A DNA stretch of 124,000 nt from contig NZ_JMCB01000002.1 in NCBI RefSeq assembly GCF_000737315.1, forward strand, positions 144,001-268,000. Direction: 5' to 3'. This DNA is from Hyalangium minutum (lineage in GTDB: Bacteria; Myxococcota; Myxococcia; Myxococcales; Myxococcaceae). The translations under genes were made by a program, and so were the position numbers. A model generated the notes under the pieces. That model was not told the origin of the DNA. It was given only the letters and a program-made list of their open reading frames with translations, and did no database searches. This document shows, piece by piece, positions 62,726 to 73,182 of this stretch (the first letter of the stretch is position 1; every line of letters starts with the position of its first letter).

Positions 62726-65700
62726 CTAGCAGTCCTTCTTCCGCCGGATGTGATACTCGGGGAGCGTCTTGGCGTAGTCAAGCATCTCGCGTAGGCCCTT
62801 ATTGTATTTTCCGCCGAAGAGCTTTCTGACATCACGAATGTCTTTATACAAGCGCTCCCTGAAGAGCAGGTCTTTGTCAATCCTCATGGTGGCTTTCCCT
62901 TTGCCCGCGAACGTCCGGGTGAGCGCGTGATCTGCGTCGGTCATTCCCAGAGCGGGACCTTTGCCCCGGGAAAGCTTGATCTGTTCGAGGAATCTGTTCT
63001 GCGGCATGTGGTGTCCCACCTCGCCTGACTTCTTCAGGGCGTCAAGGACCCTAAAAGCCCCGCCTCTGTTGATGATGCCCATCAACCCCAGCGGGTCCAT
63101 CCAACAGAGCGGATCCGAAACGTACGCGTAAAGGTCTAACCCACCTTCAATCCTGATCGGATCCTGGCTGATGTATCGGCCGATGGAAGGGTCGTAGTAG
63201 CGGTGATAGTTATAATAGAGGCCAGTCTCACCATCCTCATACTGGCCTGGCCACCTCCAGGGACAAGTCGTTCGATAGGTCTCTGTACTGGCAACCCCGA
63301 GGATGTCTAGATGAGACCGCCAAGCTAGGCTCCCAGATTCATCATAGAGTTCCGTTGGCGAGCCAAGTTGATCCGTTACGGCCCAATATCGGCCCGAGGA
63401 GTCTTCTTTGCCGAGGAGCGCAAAGCTTTCCGGCTCAAAGAGCCAGGTTGTGATTCCAGAGTTGCTCGATATCTCATGCAGGACGGCATCCTGATCCCAT
63501 ACCCAGTGGGTCGATGATGATGACTTCTCGGGCCCGCTGACTGTCTTTACGAAGCAACGCTTGCTGATGCGCCTTCCGAATGGATCGTAGGTGAAGTGGA
63601 CACGTAGCCCATCGGAGCGTTTTGCTTCTCTCAAGGTGCCAGCGTCATCCCAGCTGTATTGCCAGGCCATGCCGCCGGGGACAGACTTCCTGATGAGATT
63701 GCCATCGGCATCATAAGTACACTGAACTCCGTGGCCACTTGAAAACTGTCCGCCGGGAAGATTGAAACAGGCTCCCTCCGGGGGATTGCGAGCAGTCCCA
63801 GTAGTACTGTGGCGGGTCTGTCCGTCTGGGTAATGAGCACTCGCAAGGCGGCCATGCAGGTCGTACTCGAAGCGTGTCGTGCCACGGGCCAAGTCGTCAA
63901 TATGGTTGAGGGTGGAGTCGCTCCGCCAAGCGAAAGACCGTTGTTCGAGTAGACCCTGGCTTCCATGGGTTCGTTGCTCAAGGGGCTCGCCGAGCGCTCC
64001 CCGAGCCCATCTGACCATGACGTTGCAAGGGAGATTTCTCCCTAGCTCAAGACCTGCTGGATCCCGGCTGAAAGCCACCTCCCAAGAGCGTTCTCGGCTA
64101 CCGTAGTGGAAGGACGCGACATCTCCTAACACGCTGCGCTTGATGAGTTGCTTGGCTCCATGTGAACTGCTCAGTTCAACGCGTTCGCCCATGGTGTCAT
64201 AGCGCGCTTTAATCCACGACTCCCCGCTCCTCTCTTCGATCAGGCGTCCGAGAGCATCGTGTTGAAAGGAGATGTTGACGTGCTCGTTCTGTGCGGCGCT
64301 GATAACACCGTCGGGCCTGTATTTGAATCTACGGAAAGAGTTGTCGGAGTATCTTACATGGGTGGGGCGCCCCATAGGGTCATACTCATACGTACTTGAG
64401 CGCCCGCTGGGGAGTTGCTCGCGTGCGAGGCGGCCCGCGAGGTCGTATGAATAGGTGCGAATGGCCCCATCAAAACCGATCTCGCGGGAAACCAAGCCTC
64501 GAGGGTCGAGTTCGAACACGAGCCGTTCTCCGTGTTCGTTCACCACCGCGACCAAGTTGTCTTCGGTGTCGTACTCGTAGCGGATGCGCCTCCCCGATTG
64601 CTCAACGGAGGCAAGCTTGTGGAAACCGACATACCCCAGATGTACGGTCTCATGAGGATCGGCAATCTCCAGAAGGTAGCCCTCCGGGTTGTATTTCAGA
64701 TCATAGATGGTGCCATTGGTCTCTGCGATGCGGGTTTGCCGCCCAAGAGCATCGTACCCAATAAGTTGCTCGGCTCCTGATGGATCGCGCGCATTGATAA
64801 TACGTCCAAGACGATCATACTTGTAGACCGTCTTGGTGCCATCGGGTGCGGTAATACAGGTGAGATTTTTGTAACTGTCGTACTCGAAAGCTGCGCATTG
64901 TCCCTCCGGACCAGTGACGAGCGCGAGCAACCCCCCGGAGTAGTGATACTCGTAGAGTGCCCCTTGTGGATTCGTCCTTGCTATGAGGTTTCCACGGAGA
65001 TCATGCCTCCAGTTCCATACGCCACCCGTCGTATCAATAGCTCCAGTTAATAGGTTTCTTGAGTCGTATGAAAGAGTGAATGATGAGTCATCAGGTAAGT
65101 GGATTTTGACGCGGTTGCCGCGGGAGTCGTACTCAAAGTGAGTCTCATGACCATGAGGATTGACCGCGAGAGTTTGGCGCAAGAATTGGTCGTACTCGTG
65201 TTTCCATTCCCCGCCTAGGGGATCAATCTCTCTGACAACGAGTCCTTGCCTACAATGATAGGTGGTTGTGTGGCCAAGGGAGTTCGTGACGAGCGTGATC
65301 TCATGTGTCTTGTCATACGCAAGGCTGTGGTCGTATATCCCCCCATCGCCCCAGGTTCGGATGCACCAGGCCTCTGCGGTTTTTCCATCGTACTCAAAGT
65401 GAAAGCTCAAGCCTGAACGATCTGTTTCTCGGGTCAGTAAGTGGTTGCTGTATGTGTAGCGAAAGTGATTGCCGAGCGCGTCAGAGGCCTCGAGCAAGTC
65501 ACCTGCGTCGGAATAGTGGTAATGGTTGTGAAGGACCAACCCCGGTTGGGTAGGATGCGGCAGCCATACTTTTGTAAGCCGGTGGTTATTATCGTGCTCA
65601 AAACGCACGCGCCGATCTACAGAGTCTGTGAGCCACTCTAAGCACCCATGCTCGTCGTACTTGTAAGTGATGAAGTCGCCCTGGCGATTTTGTGATCTCA

Positions 65701-66757
65701 CCACGTGATATCGCCCTTGAGGTACCAACTGACGGAAGTCGTGTACCAACCCGTCATGCGTCTCAATGGACCAACGCGACTCACTCAGGCGTCTCAAGGT
65801 TAAGCGATTGATAGGGTCATGGATTTCAGTGCCTACAGGCATTCTCCCTCGTGGAGCGCCTGTGGCAGGGAACTCGATCTCGCGCCCATCTTCGGAGCGG
65901 TAGACGACCTGTGCATCTTCTTCCCAGACGGCCATGTCAAGAGAGTGGCTCCATCCGTATCCCAGCGTGGAATCTCTCCAGGAGAGACTTGAAGAGTAAT
66001 TGCGTTCGAATTTGAGAGGGAGCGGCCCTGGAATCTCCCAGTCCAAAGCCTCGGTGACCGTTCTACCCGTGGCGACATCCACGGGATGTCCCGTGAAGTT
66101 GCAAATGCGCTTATGGATCCAGTCGCGCGCGCGTTTGCTCAACTTAAGCTTGTCCATCAGCTTGTCGGCCGCCTTGTGGATACGATCTGACAGCTTTTTC
66201 ATCTTGCGGCTGGCTTTTTGTAGTTTGCGCAGCTTTTTGAGCCCTTTGAGAAGTGCTCCCAACGCGAACTGCGTCAGCATTCCCATCAGAGAGATGGTTG
66301 GCGGTCCCCCCACGCGGACAGGCGGTCCGGCGGGGATGGAGAGGACGATGGAAGAGGGCAGCAGGAGTGTTTTCGCAGCCGGGCCACGCTTTCTCGGGGG
66401 AGAGGGCATGCCAATGTCCTGGCAGCTGAGGACCGGCAGCGTCATATTGGTGAAGGCATCCCCATCTACCGCCACCGTGGCGCTGCCCATGAAAGTCTCA
66501 TTCTCATTGGCGGGCGGCTTAGCGAAGACGCCTCCGATGGGGAAGTGTGGTGGGAGTTCGACGCCTCCCGTGCCAGCCTGGGCCCGCGGCAGGAAGTTCA
66601 CGTTCACCGTGGAACCGATGACGGGGATGTAATCGAATGGATCGAACACCATCCCGATGTGTGGATGGGGAATCGGTATCACTGGCCCAGGAGGGGTAAT
66701 GATGAGGTGAATATCCACTCCCAGGATGGGATCCATGTGCTTTGTCGCTGGCATCAT
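62726..66757 (-). CDS. rhs: PAAR-like / DUF6531 / RHS-repeat toxin with C-terminal His-containing nuclease-like domain
   Basis: GHPVDVATG, many YD repeats, core YNYHRYYDP...QDPI, DPLGL cleavage motif, then GHHMPQ...DH toxin. Confidence 0.92.
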   Translation of the reverse strand: MMPATKHMDPILGVDIHLIITPPGPVIPIPHPHIGMVFDPFDYIPVIGSTVNVNFLPRAQAGTGGVELPPHFPIGGVFAKPPANENETFMGSATVAVDGDAFTNMTLPVLSCQDIGMPSPPRKRGPAAKTLLLPSSIVLSIPAGPPVRVGGPPTISLMGMLTQFALGALLKGLKKLRKLQKASRKMKKLSDRIHKAADKLMDKLKLSKRARDWIHKRICNFTGHPVDVATGRTVTEALDWEIPGPLPLKFERNYSSSLSWRDSTLGYGWSHSLDMAVWEEDAQVVYRSEDGREIEFPATGAPRGRMPVGTEIHDPINRLTLRRLSESRWSIETHDGLVHDFRQLVPQGRYHVVRSQNRQGDFITYKYDEHGCLEWLTDSVDRRVRFEHDNNHRLTKVWLPHPTQPGLVLHNHYHYSDAGDLLEASDALGNHFRYTYSNHLLTRETDRSGLSFHFEYDGKTAEAWCIRTWGDGGIYDHSLAYDKTHEITLVTNSLGHTTTYHCRQGLVVREIDPLGGEWKHEYDQFLRQTLAVNPHGHETHFEYDSRGNRVKIHLPDDSSFTLSYDSRNLLTGAIDTTGGVWNWRHDLRGNLIARTNPQGALYEYHYSGGLLALVTGPEGQCAAFEYDSYKNLTCITAPDGTKTVYKYDRLGRIINARDPSGAEQLIGYDALGRQTRIAETNGTIYDLKYNPEGYLLEIADPHETVHLGYVGFHKLASVEQSGRRIRYEYDTEDNLVAVVNEHGERLVFELDPRGLVSREIGFDGAIRTYSYDLAGRLAREQLPSGRSSTYEYDPMGRPTHVRYSDNSFRRFKYRPDGVISAAQNEHVNISFQHDALGRLIEERSGESWIKARYDTMGERVELSSSHGAKQLIKRSVLGDVASFHYGSRERSWEVAFSRDPAGLELGRNLPCNVMVRWARGALGEPLEQRTHGSQGLLEQRSFAWRSDSTLNHIDDLARGTTRFEYDLHGRLASAHYPDGQTRHSTTGTARNPPEGACFNLPGGQFSSGHGVQCTYDADGNLIRKSVPGGMAWQYSWDDAGTLREAKRSDGLRVHFTYDPFGRRISKRCFVKTVSGPEKSSSSTHWVWDQDAVLHEISSNSGITTWLFEPESFALLGKEDSSGRYWAVTDQLGSPTELYDESGSLAWRSHLDILGVASTETYRTTCPWRWPGQYEDGETGLYYNYHRYYDPSIGRYISQDPIRIEGGLDLYAYVSDPLCWMDPLGLMGIINRGGAFRVLDALKKSGEVGHHMPQNRFLEQIKLSRGKGPALGMTDADHALTRTFAGKGKATMRIDKDLLFRERLYKDIRDVRKLFGGKYNKGLREMLDYAKTLPEYHIRRKKDC

Positions 66758-68052
66758 GAGGCCTGACCTCCCTTGGTGTTCTTTGGCCGCCAATCCTCGC
66801 CAAGTACGGAGGCGATGGAGGATTCCAGTTCGTGCTCGCCAGGGCGGCCGCGACCGAGTCTCAGCAGCGCCTCACCTACGTAGGGGAGTGTCGAGCTGGC
66901 GCGCGCTTCATCATTCATGGAGCTACCAACCTCCCAAGCACGCTGGCTGAGAGCCCAAGCTTGGTCCGGCTCTCGGGCCATTTCCCGGCACCAGCTCGCC
67001 ATTCGCCAGCACTCGAGTTCCATGGGCGGATCCTTGAGCTCATGAGCCAGAGAGGCCGTGCCCTGGTAGAGCGTGGCGGCTTGTGTGTACTGCTCGGTTG
67101 CCACCAGCGCGGCTCCTTGTGCCATGCGCGACTTGAGCCGCAGCGTTGCTCCTTGAGGATTTCCCTGTTCCTCAGCAGCGGCCGCTGCCGTCTCGGCTTG
67201 TTGATAACGGCTCAGCGCTTCCTGGGGCTTTTGGGTTGCGAGGAGTGCACTGCCCATGACGAAGTGAGCTGTCACCACCAGCGGGTGCCAGCCTTGTGAG
67301 TGCGCCAGCTCCACGGCCTGGGCGCCCAGCCGCTCTGTCTTCGCGGTATCTCCCTTCGACGCGGCATGGCTCATGCGGACGAAGAGATCCCTGAACTGCC
67401 CTCCAGGCGTATTCAGCTGACCTGCCTCCTTCGAGAGTTCCTCCAGGGCTCTTCCCATCTCCAGCCGTGCCACCTGGGTGACGACCCTCTCCGGAAGGGC
67501 TTGGGCCAGGGGCTCCAGCGCGAGAGTCCGGGCGTCATCGAGCACCACGATGCGAACGTGAGTGGCCTGGGCGTTTTCGACGGTCTGGCGCAGCCACTTC
67601 AGCCAAGCACCGTCATCCGCGACGTACTTCGGTATTAGTACGGCGACGAGGTGTTCGCACAAGCTTGCGTAGTGCTCTCGCAACGATGCGCATACCATGA
67701 GAAAAGTGTCCGCGTCCGACTGCCCTCCTGAGAGCGTTGGACACTGCCAATTCGCAGGCAAGCCTGCCTCCGCTAGCCCAACTCGGCTCTCTTGCTCCAT
67801 GGAGAGCAGGGCCTCGCGCAGTTCATCCCCGTACTTGGCTGGGTTCAGGAAGGGAATATCGAAGCGCAGGAAGAGGTCTGGGATCTCGCCCGTGCGCTCG
67901 TCACTCTCCGCCGCCAGAAAGGCTTCCACCATCCGCACTTCGCTCGATTCCACCACCCAACGCAGCAGGCGTGCATCAGGTATCTGGGCGAACTCTGTCC
68001 ATTGGTCATGAAGCAGTTCCAGTCGTTTCATGACTGCGTTCTTCTTGCTCAT
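66754..68052 (-). CDS. Hypothetical helical/TPR-like protein between vgrG and rhs (possible adaptor)
   Basis: 432-aa ORF; stop overlaps Rhs start (ATGATG). Confidence 0.7.
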   Translation of the reverse strand: MSKKNAVMKRLELLHDQWTEFAQIPDARLLRWVVESSEVRMVEAFLAAESDERTGEIPDLFLRFDIPFLNPAKYGDELREALLSMEQESRVGLAEAGLPANWQCPTLSGGQSDADTFLMVCASLREHYASLCEHLVAVLIPKYVADDGAWLKWLRQTVENAQATHVRIVVLDDARTLALEPLAQALPERVVTQVARLEMGRALEELSKEAGQLNTPGGQFRDLFVRMSHAASKGDTAKTERLGAQAVELAHSQGWHPLVVTAHFVMGSALLATQKPQEALSRYQQAETAAAAAEEQGNPQGATLRLKSRMAQGAALVATEQYTQAATLYQGTASLAHELKDPPMELECWRMASWCREMAREPDQAWALSQRAWEVGSSMNDEARASSTLPYVGEALLRLGRGRPGEHELESSIASVLGEDWRPKNTKGGQAS

Positions 68053-68080
68053 GGGGGGCTCCGAGGGCTTTCCCACGCGG

Positions 68081-70249
68081 TTATTGACCGCTGTCTGCGG
68101 GGGTAGGTGCCGTGGGCATGGCCTCGGCCGGCTCAGATGGCGCGGTGGGCTTGGCGCCACTCCCGTCCAGCGCCGCCCCCCCGCTGTTGAGGTTCACCAT
68201 CATTCCGGTCACGGATACACCGGTTGCATCAATCGTGATGAAATTGCCCCCTACCTTCAGCGTGAGCCCTGTGTCCGCCTCGAGGACGATCTTGTCCGAC
68301 TTCAGGTGGATCTCGCTATCTGCCTGCAGGGCATGAATCCCGGTAGCCTTCACTTGAAGGTCCGCTCCCAACGTGATGGACCAAGTTCCGTCTATTTTTT
68401 CGTTGCGGTTGCCCACTACCGTCAGATGGCTGTCTGCGCCCACTTTTTCCGTGCGGCTGGCTTTGACAACGACGTCTGCATTGCCAGGCCCATCAATGCC
68501 GCCCACCAGAAGCTTCCAGTCTCCTCCGATATGGTCCTGGCTATTGCGGTGGACCTTCAGGTTTTTGTCCCGGTAGACCATCTCGTTCTGGTCGCCGACC
68601 TTGCCGTTCTTGCTCTCGGAACCGATGGTCTGATGCCGGTCATGGAGGATGTTCTCAAGCGAGTCGTTTTTGACGTGCACGTCCATGTTGCGCTCGGCGT
68701 GCACGAAGAGCTGCTCGGACTTCTTGCGGTCCTCGAAGCGGATTTCGTTGTAGCCATCTCCGCCCTTGGAACTGTTCGATTTGAGCGTGCTCTTGGTCTT
68801 CTGGTCGGGGAGCTTGTATGGCGGAGGATTGTCACCGTTGTACACGCGCCCGGTGATGATCGGTCGGTCCGGATCTCCCTCGATGAAGTCGACAATGACC
68901 TCGTGACCGATTCGCGGAATGTAGATGGCCCCCCAATGCTGACCCGCCCAGGCGTGGCTCACGCGGATCCAGCACGAGCTGTTCTCGTCCTTCTTCCCCT
69001 CGCGATCCCAGTGGAACTGGACTTTGACGCGGCCGTGCTCATCCGTGTGAATCTCCTCGTTCTTTGGACCGACCACGACGGCGGTCTGCACCCCCCGGAC
69101 GATGGGTTTCGGTGTCACTCGAAGAGGCCGGTAGGGTGTCTTCGCCACGATGCAGGAGAAGTGGTTGGAGTAGCTGAAGTCGCCTCCGCCGGATTCCTCG
69201 TCCAACACCTGGGGCTGATAGCCTTGATGCCCCACGCTGGTGATGAGATATCGGGTGTTGAAGTCGCCGCGCGTGTGATCCGCCAGGGTGAACATGAAGC
69301 CTGGCGTGAGGCGCTCGCAGTCGCTCTCGCCGAACCCTGTCTTGCGGACCGTCTGCCACTCCTCGAGCCGGATTTGGGCAATCGTCTCGCCCTTGGCGGT
69401 AGATCCCCGCCCTGGCAACTGGTACTCGCCAGGGTAGTCGTACACCATGAGATCTGGGTCCTTCTCGGCCTGGAACTTGCCCTCGGTGGACAGCGTGGGC
69501 TTCTTGAAATTGAAGTCCCGGAGCATCACCTGGCCAGGCTGGATCTCCTCGCTGAAGCGGAACCGTTGGACGTGGTCCTCCGTGATGACAGTTCCCGAGA
69601 CGCGCCGGAACGGCACGGTCTCCCCCCGCTTGCCGGCAGGGATGGGCTTGCACGCAGCCGCGCTGTCGCCCATGACCAGGACGTGTTTCGCCGCCGAGTG
69701 CTCAAAGAAGTAGAAGATGCCGTCCTCTTCCAGTAACCGGCTGATGAATGCCCAGTCCGACTCCCGATATTGCACACAGTAGTTGCGGGGCTCGTAGGAA
69801 CCGGTCAGTGCAAATTTGAAGCAATCGCTCGGGATGCCCGCCTTCTTGAGTACTTTTGTGATGATCTGCTCGGTGGTCTCGTCCTGGAAGATGCGGTTGT
69901 CATGGCGGTGCTTGAGTTTCCACACCTGAGGAACCACGGTGACCTGGTAGATCGCGTTCCGCGGCAGGTTGTTGACCTGCTCGAAGCGGCTCACGATTCC
70001 ATGGATGAACCGCGGTTGCCCCTCACTCATCAGGCTGAGCAAGGCAGGCTTGCCCATCACGCTCGCAAAGTCGATCGCGGGGTCCTCGCAAGCAACCTCG
70101 AGCTGGAGCTCGAACTGGCTGGAGATGGACTCATGACCAGAGAACCGGATCACGAGCAGCTTCTCAGGGCACCCGGAGATGGCGAATTGAAACAACAAGA
70201 GATTGCCGGTGGTGGTAGATCTTGCGTCCATAGGAAGGGTCCTCTGCAA
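68081..70249 (-). CDS. vgrG: Type VI secretion tip protein VgrG
   Basis: GHESISSQF, CVQYRESDWAFISRLLEEDGIFYFF, DEHGRVKVQFHWDR, PRIGHEVIVDFIEGDPDRP, HAERNMD. Confidence 0.97.
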   Translation of the reverse strand: MQRTLPMDARSTTTGNLLLFQFAISGCPEKLLVIRFSGHESISSQFELQLEVACEDPAIDFASVMGKPALLSLMSEGQPRFIHGIVSRFEQVNNLPRNAIYQVTVVPQVWKLKHRHDNRIFQDETTEQIITKVLKKAGIPSDCFKFALTGSYEPRNYCVQYRESDWAFISRLLEEDGIFYFFEHSAAKHVLVMGDSAAACKPIPAGKRGETVPFRRVSGTVITEDHVQRFRFSEEIQPGQVMLRDFNFKKPTLSTEGKFQAEKDPDLMVYDYPGEYQLPGRGSTAKGETIAQIRLEEWQTVRKTGFGESDCERLTPGFMFTLADHTRGDFNTRYLITSVGHQGYQPQVLDEESGGGDFSYSNHFSCIVAKTPYRPLRVTPKPIVRGVQTAVVVGPKNEEIHTDEHGRVKVQFHWDREGKKDENSSCWIRVSHAWAGQHWGAIYIPRIGHEVIVDFIEGDPDRPIITGRVYNGDNPPPYKLPDQKTKSTLKSNSSKGGDGYNEIRFEDRKKSEQLFVHAERNMDVHVKNDSLENILHDRHQTIGSESKNGKVGDQNEMVYRDKNLKVHRNSQDHIGGDWKLLVGGIDGPGNADVVVKASRTEKVGADSHLTVVGNRNEKIDGTWSITLGADLQVKATGIHALQADSEIHLKSDKIVLEADTGLTLKVGGNFITIDATGVSVTGMMVNLNSGGAALDGSGAKPTAPSEPAEAMPTAPTPADSGQ

Positions 70250-70311
70250 AGGCGAAGCGTGGGTGCAGCGGATAGAGTCAGTGAACGGGACGGGCGTGGG
70301 CTTGGAAGCGC

Positions 70312-71040
70312 TCAGCCACCAAGGACAGGAGAGAGGCGGACGTAGCGGCGGCCTTGGACTTGCTCGAGCATGAATGCAGCGACGTCGGCCCGGGAGATGC
70401 CTTCGGGAACTTCGGCCCAGCCGACGGAGACTTCGTAGTTTCCGCGGGCAGGCTCATCCGTCAGCCACGTGGGCCGGACGAGCACCCACTCCAGGGGCAA
70501 CCCGCGGATGGAGTCCAACTGCTGCTCCCAGGCATTGACGCCGGGCGTTCCAAGGAACGGGGCGAGCAATCTGCCCAACAGCCCTCGGCGAACCCAGCCT
70601 TCCTTTTTCGGCGGAGGAGCCAGGCAGATGAGCCGATAGACCCGGTACTTCTGCATCGCAGCCACGATGTTTTCCGTGGCTTTGAGCAGCGCTTCAGCCC
70701 CCTTGCGCCCTGGGAACCCGAGCGCGGAGAGCACGGCTCTTTGCCCTAGCATGGCCGCATCCACCGCGTCTGGATTCAGCACATCGCCTTCGATGACATG
70801 GAGTTTGGGATGCCTCGCCGGCAGTGCTCTTCGGTCCCGTACGAAGGCTGTGACGGTATGCCCCGCGGACAAGGCCTGATTGACCACGTGGCGCCCCGTT
70901 CGCCCCGAGGCTCCAAAGACGAGCAATGGGACTGGCAACTCCTCGGCTTTCTGTTCACGGGTCGGTCCGTAGGCAACCGTGTTCCCGAGTCCAATGACGG
71001 AGACGGTAAACATGTCGTCTGGCTTGTCCATGGTGAACAC
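70312..71040 (-). CDS. NAD(P)-binding oxidoreductase (flavin reductase / NmrA-like SDR)
   Basis: VFGASGRTG, EWVLVRP, ISRADVAAFM. Confidence 0.85.
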   Translation of the reverse strand: MFTMDKPDDMFTVSVIGLGNTVAYGPTREQKAEELPVPLLVFGASGRTGRHVVNQALSAGHTVTAFVRDRRALPARHPKLHVIEGDVLNPDAVDAAMLGQRAVLSALGFPGRKGAEALLKATENIVAAMQKYRVYRLICLAPPPKKEGWVRRGLLGRLLAPFLGTPGVNAWEQQLDSIRGLPLEWVLVRPTWLTDEPARGNYEVSVGWAEVPEGISRADVAAFMLEQVQGRRYVRLSPVLGG

Positions 71041-71056
71041 TCCTTGTTCATGGGGA

Positions 71057-72088
71057 CTACGGCCGGACTTCCGCTGTCTGCGCGGCAGGAACAGGGGGCA
71101 CGCCCATCGGCTTCGGCTGGAGCGGTGCCTCCAGGGGGGTTGGAGAGGAGGCAGGCGTCCAGAGCTTCGCGCCCGCCAGTAGCTCCGGCTCCATCAGCTT
71201 CACCCACAGCGAGGGGATCGTCCCCACCAGCCGGGCATTCTTCACTGCAAGCACGCGCTGGGCCTGCGCGCGCCGGTACAGCAGCGGCGGCAGCGAGGGC
71301 TCTTGAGGATCCAGGTTGTGCATCACCACCTGCTCGTCGAGCACGATGCCCTCGGGCTTCACGGCCAACGTCGAGGTGAACTCGACCTTGCGCTGCAGGC
71401 CGTTGGGCAGCGTGAGCGTTTCCTCTCGGCTCAAGGGGAACCACGCAGGGCCCAGGCAGGATCCATCCTCGCTGCTCGACACGGCCTCGGCGAAGAAGCG
71501 GCCCTGGCGCAGCGGCAGCACGCGCGCCATGCGGCGGCAAACGGGCGGACCCTCATCCGTGCAGACATCCCCCTCCGCCACCAGCACGGTGATGTCCCCG
71601 GCCTGCTCCAGGCGCAGGCGCGACTGGCGCGGGTAGGCGCGCAAGCTTCCCAGCGCACGGACGACAAAGCCTTGCGAGGTCCGCTCGACCAGCCCGACAG
71701 GCCCCAGTCCCTCTCCATTGTCGAACCGGCGTGCGACGACCCAGACCAACCGGAGGTCGGCGCGCACGGTTTCCAGCACGAGATCCTCCTCGGTGAGCCG
71801 TCCCGGAGGCGGGAGCGCCTTGGGCTCCGGGCCGGACTCGCGGCACTCCGCCGCCTCGGGCTCCCGCCACATGACGGGTACTCCCGAGCAGTCCACGGTG
71901 GGAGAGGGAGCAACACCCTGCTCGCGGCTGAACCCATGCAACAGCAGGGCGAACCAGTCGTCCGGGGTGGGCACGATGCGATCGGACATCGCGGCCTCGG
72001 CGATGCACAGCTTGGGCTGAGGCCGCGTCGAGCAGGCGGCGAAGAGGCTGCAAAGTCCTGCGATGACAAGGATTGGCTTCGTGTTCAT
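71057..72088 (-). CDS. T6SS-associated hypothetical lipoprotein
   Basis: MNTKPILVIAGLCSLFAAC lipobox; downstream of tssG. Confidence 0.7.
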   Translation of the reverse strand: MNTKPILVIAGLCSLFAACSTRPQPKLCIAEAAMSDRIVPTPDDWFALLLHGFSREQGVAPSPTVDCSGVPVMWREPEAAECRESGPEPKALPPPGRLTEEDLVLETVRADLRLVWVVARRFDNGEGLGPVGLVERTSQGFVVRALGSLRAYPRQSRLRLEQAGDITVLVAEGDVCTDEGPPVCRRMARVLPLRQGRFFAEAVSSSEDGSCLGPAWFPLSREETLTLPNGLQRKVEFTSTLAVKPEGIVLDEQVVMHNLDPQEPSLPPLLYRRAQAQRVLAVKNARLVGTIPSLWVKLMEPELLAGAKLWTPASSPTPLEAPLQPKPMGVPPVPAAQTAEVRP

Positions 72089-72138
72089 GAGGGTCTCAAG
72101 TCTGGAGAGGGGGGATCCAGTCGGCGGGCGTCGAGTGA

Positions 72139-73182
72139 TCATGCAGCCCCCGGAACGGACAGCCGGTTCTGGCGATTCGTGCCCAGCCACGTGTCCCGGC
72201 CGAGCTTCGAGGCCCAGCCGGTAGTGAGGCTGAAGGTATGGGAGAGGCTCTCGGCGAGGATGAGCTCGAAGGTGTATTCGAGCGGATCCCGGACGAAGAG
72301 CGAGACGATCTCGCGCGCGAGCGGGTACAAGTCCCCGTCCGCCATGAGGCGGCGCCAGGCTCGCGGGGAGAGCGGGCCGATTTCCACCTGGAAGCGCCCC
72401 ATGCGGTCGAATGCCCTGCCGCCTAGCAGCATGTTGCGCCCGAGCAGGTTGTTGACCACGCCCAGCTGCGCGCGAGCGTCGATGTCTACCCAGCGGCCCA
72501 CGAACTGCCGGACGGTGACACGTGCACCCTCTAGTTCCTCGGAGAGCACCTCCTGCAAGGCAATCTCCAGCTTTTCGGCTGTGCGGATGCGGCTGACCAA
72601 CAGGGAGGCGATCCGCAAGAGCCGCCAAGGCGGCAGAATCCCAGGCCAGGTTCGCTCGTACGTGTCGAAGCCCGACAGAGCCAGGAGGCGGCGGGACCAC
72701 TGATCGGTGCAGCTCGCCGTCAGCTCGCGGGTAACGCGGTATCGCGATTCGATGCGATACAGGAGTGACAGGAGCCGGTGATGAAACAGGTCCAGGAACT
72801 CCCGCTGTGTCGCGTCATCCGGATCCTCCTGGGCCACCTCCTCAGCCATGAAGAGCGGCAGAGGCGAGGCAGAGCCTGTGAGTCCCAAGAAGGTCGTCGA
72901 GACCTCGAACAGGGGCCGCCGGCTGAACTCATCGTCCTGACGAACGGGCACCTGCCGGAGCACGACCGCACTGACATCGCTCGAAGAGAAACCGAGCGAC
73001 GGATCATGCCGGAAGCGGATGCGCTCCTCGTTCACCGGCCCCAGCTCGCCTACGCGAGCTGCGTCCGAGGTGAGGCGCTCGAGGAACGCCACCAGCGGGA
73101 AGAACCCTGGCCGACGAGGCGCCCGGAGGATGATCTCCGACGCCTCTACAAGGTCAACTGGGAGCCGTTCCGCGGTGGCCAC
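72139..73182 (-). CDS. tssG: T6SS baseplate TssG
   Basis: FLGLTGSASPLP, FLDLFHHRLLSL, RQFVGRW. Confidence 0.92.
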   Translation of the reverse strand: MATAERLPVDLVEASEIILRAPRRPGFFPLVAFLERLTSDAARVGELGPVNEERIRFRHDPSLGFSSSDVSAVVLRQVPVRQDDEFSRRPLFEVSTTFLGLTGSASPLPLFMAEEVAQEDPDDATQREFLDLFHHRLLSLLYRIESRYRVTRELTASCTDQWSRRLLALSGFDTYERTWPGILPPWRLLRIASLLVSRIRTAEKLEIALQEVLSEELEGARVTVRQFVGRWVDIDARAQLGVVNNLLGRNMLLGGRAFDRMGRFQVEIGPLSPRAWRRLMADGDLYPLAREIVSLFVRDPLEYTFELILAESLSHTFSLTTGWASKLGRDTWLGTNRQNRLSVPGAA

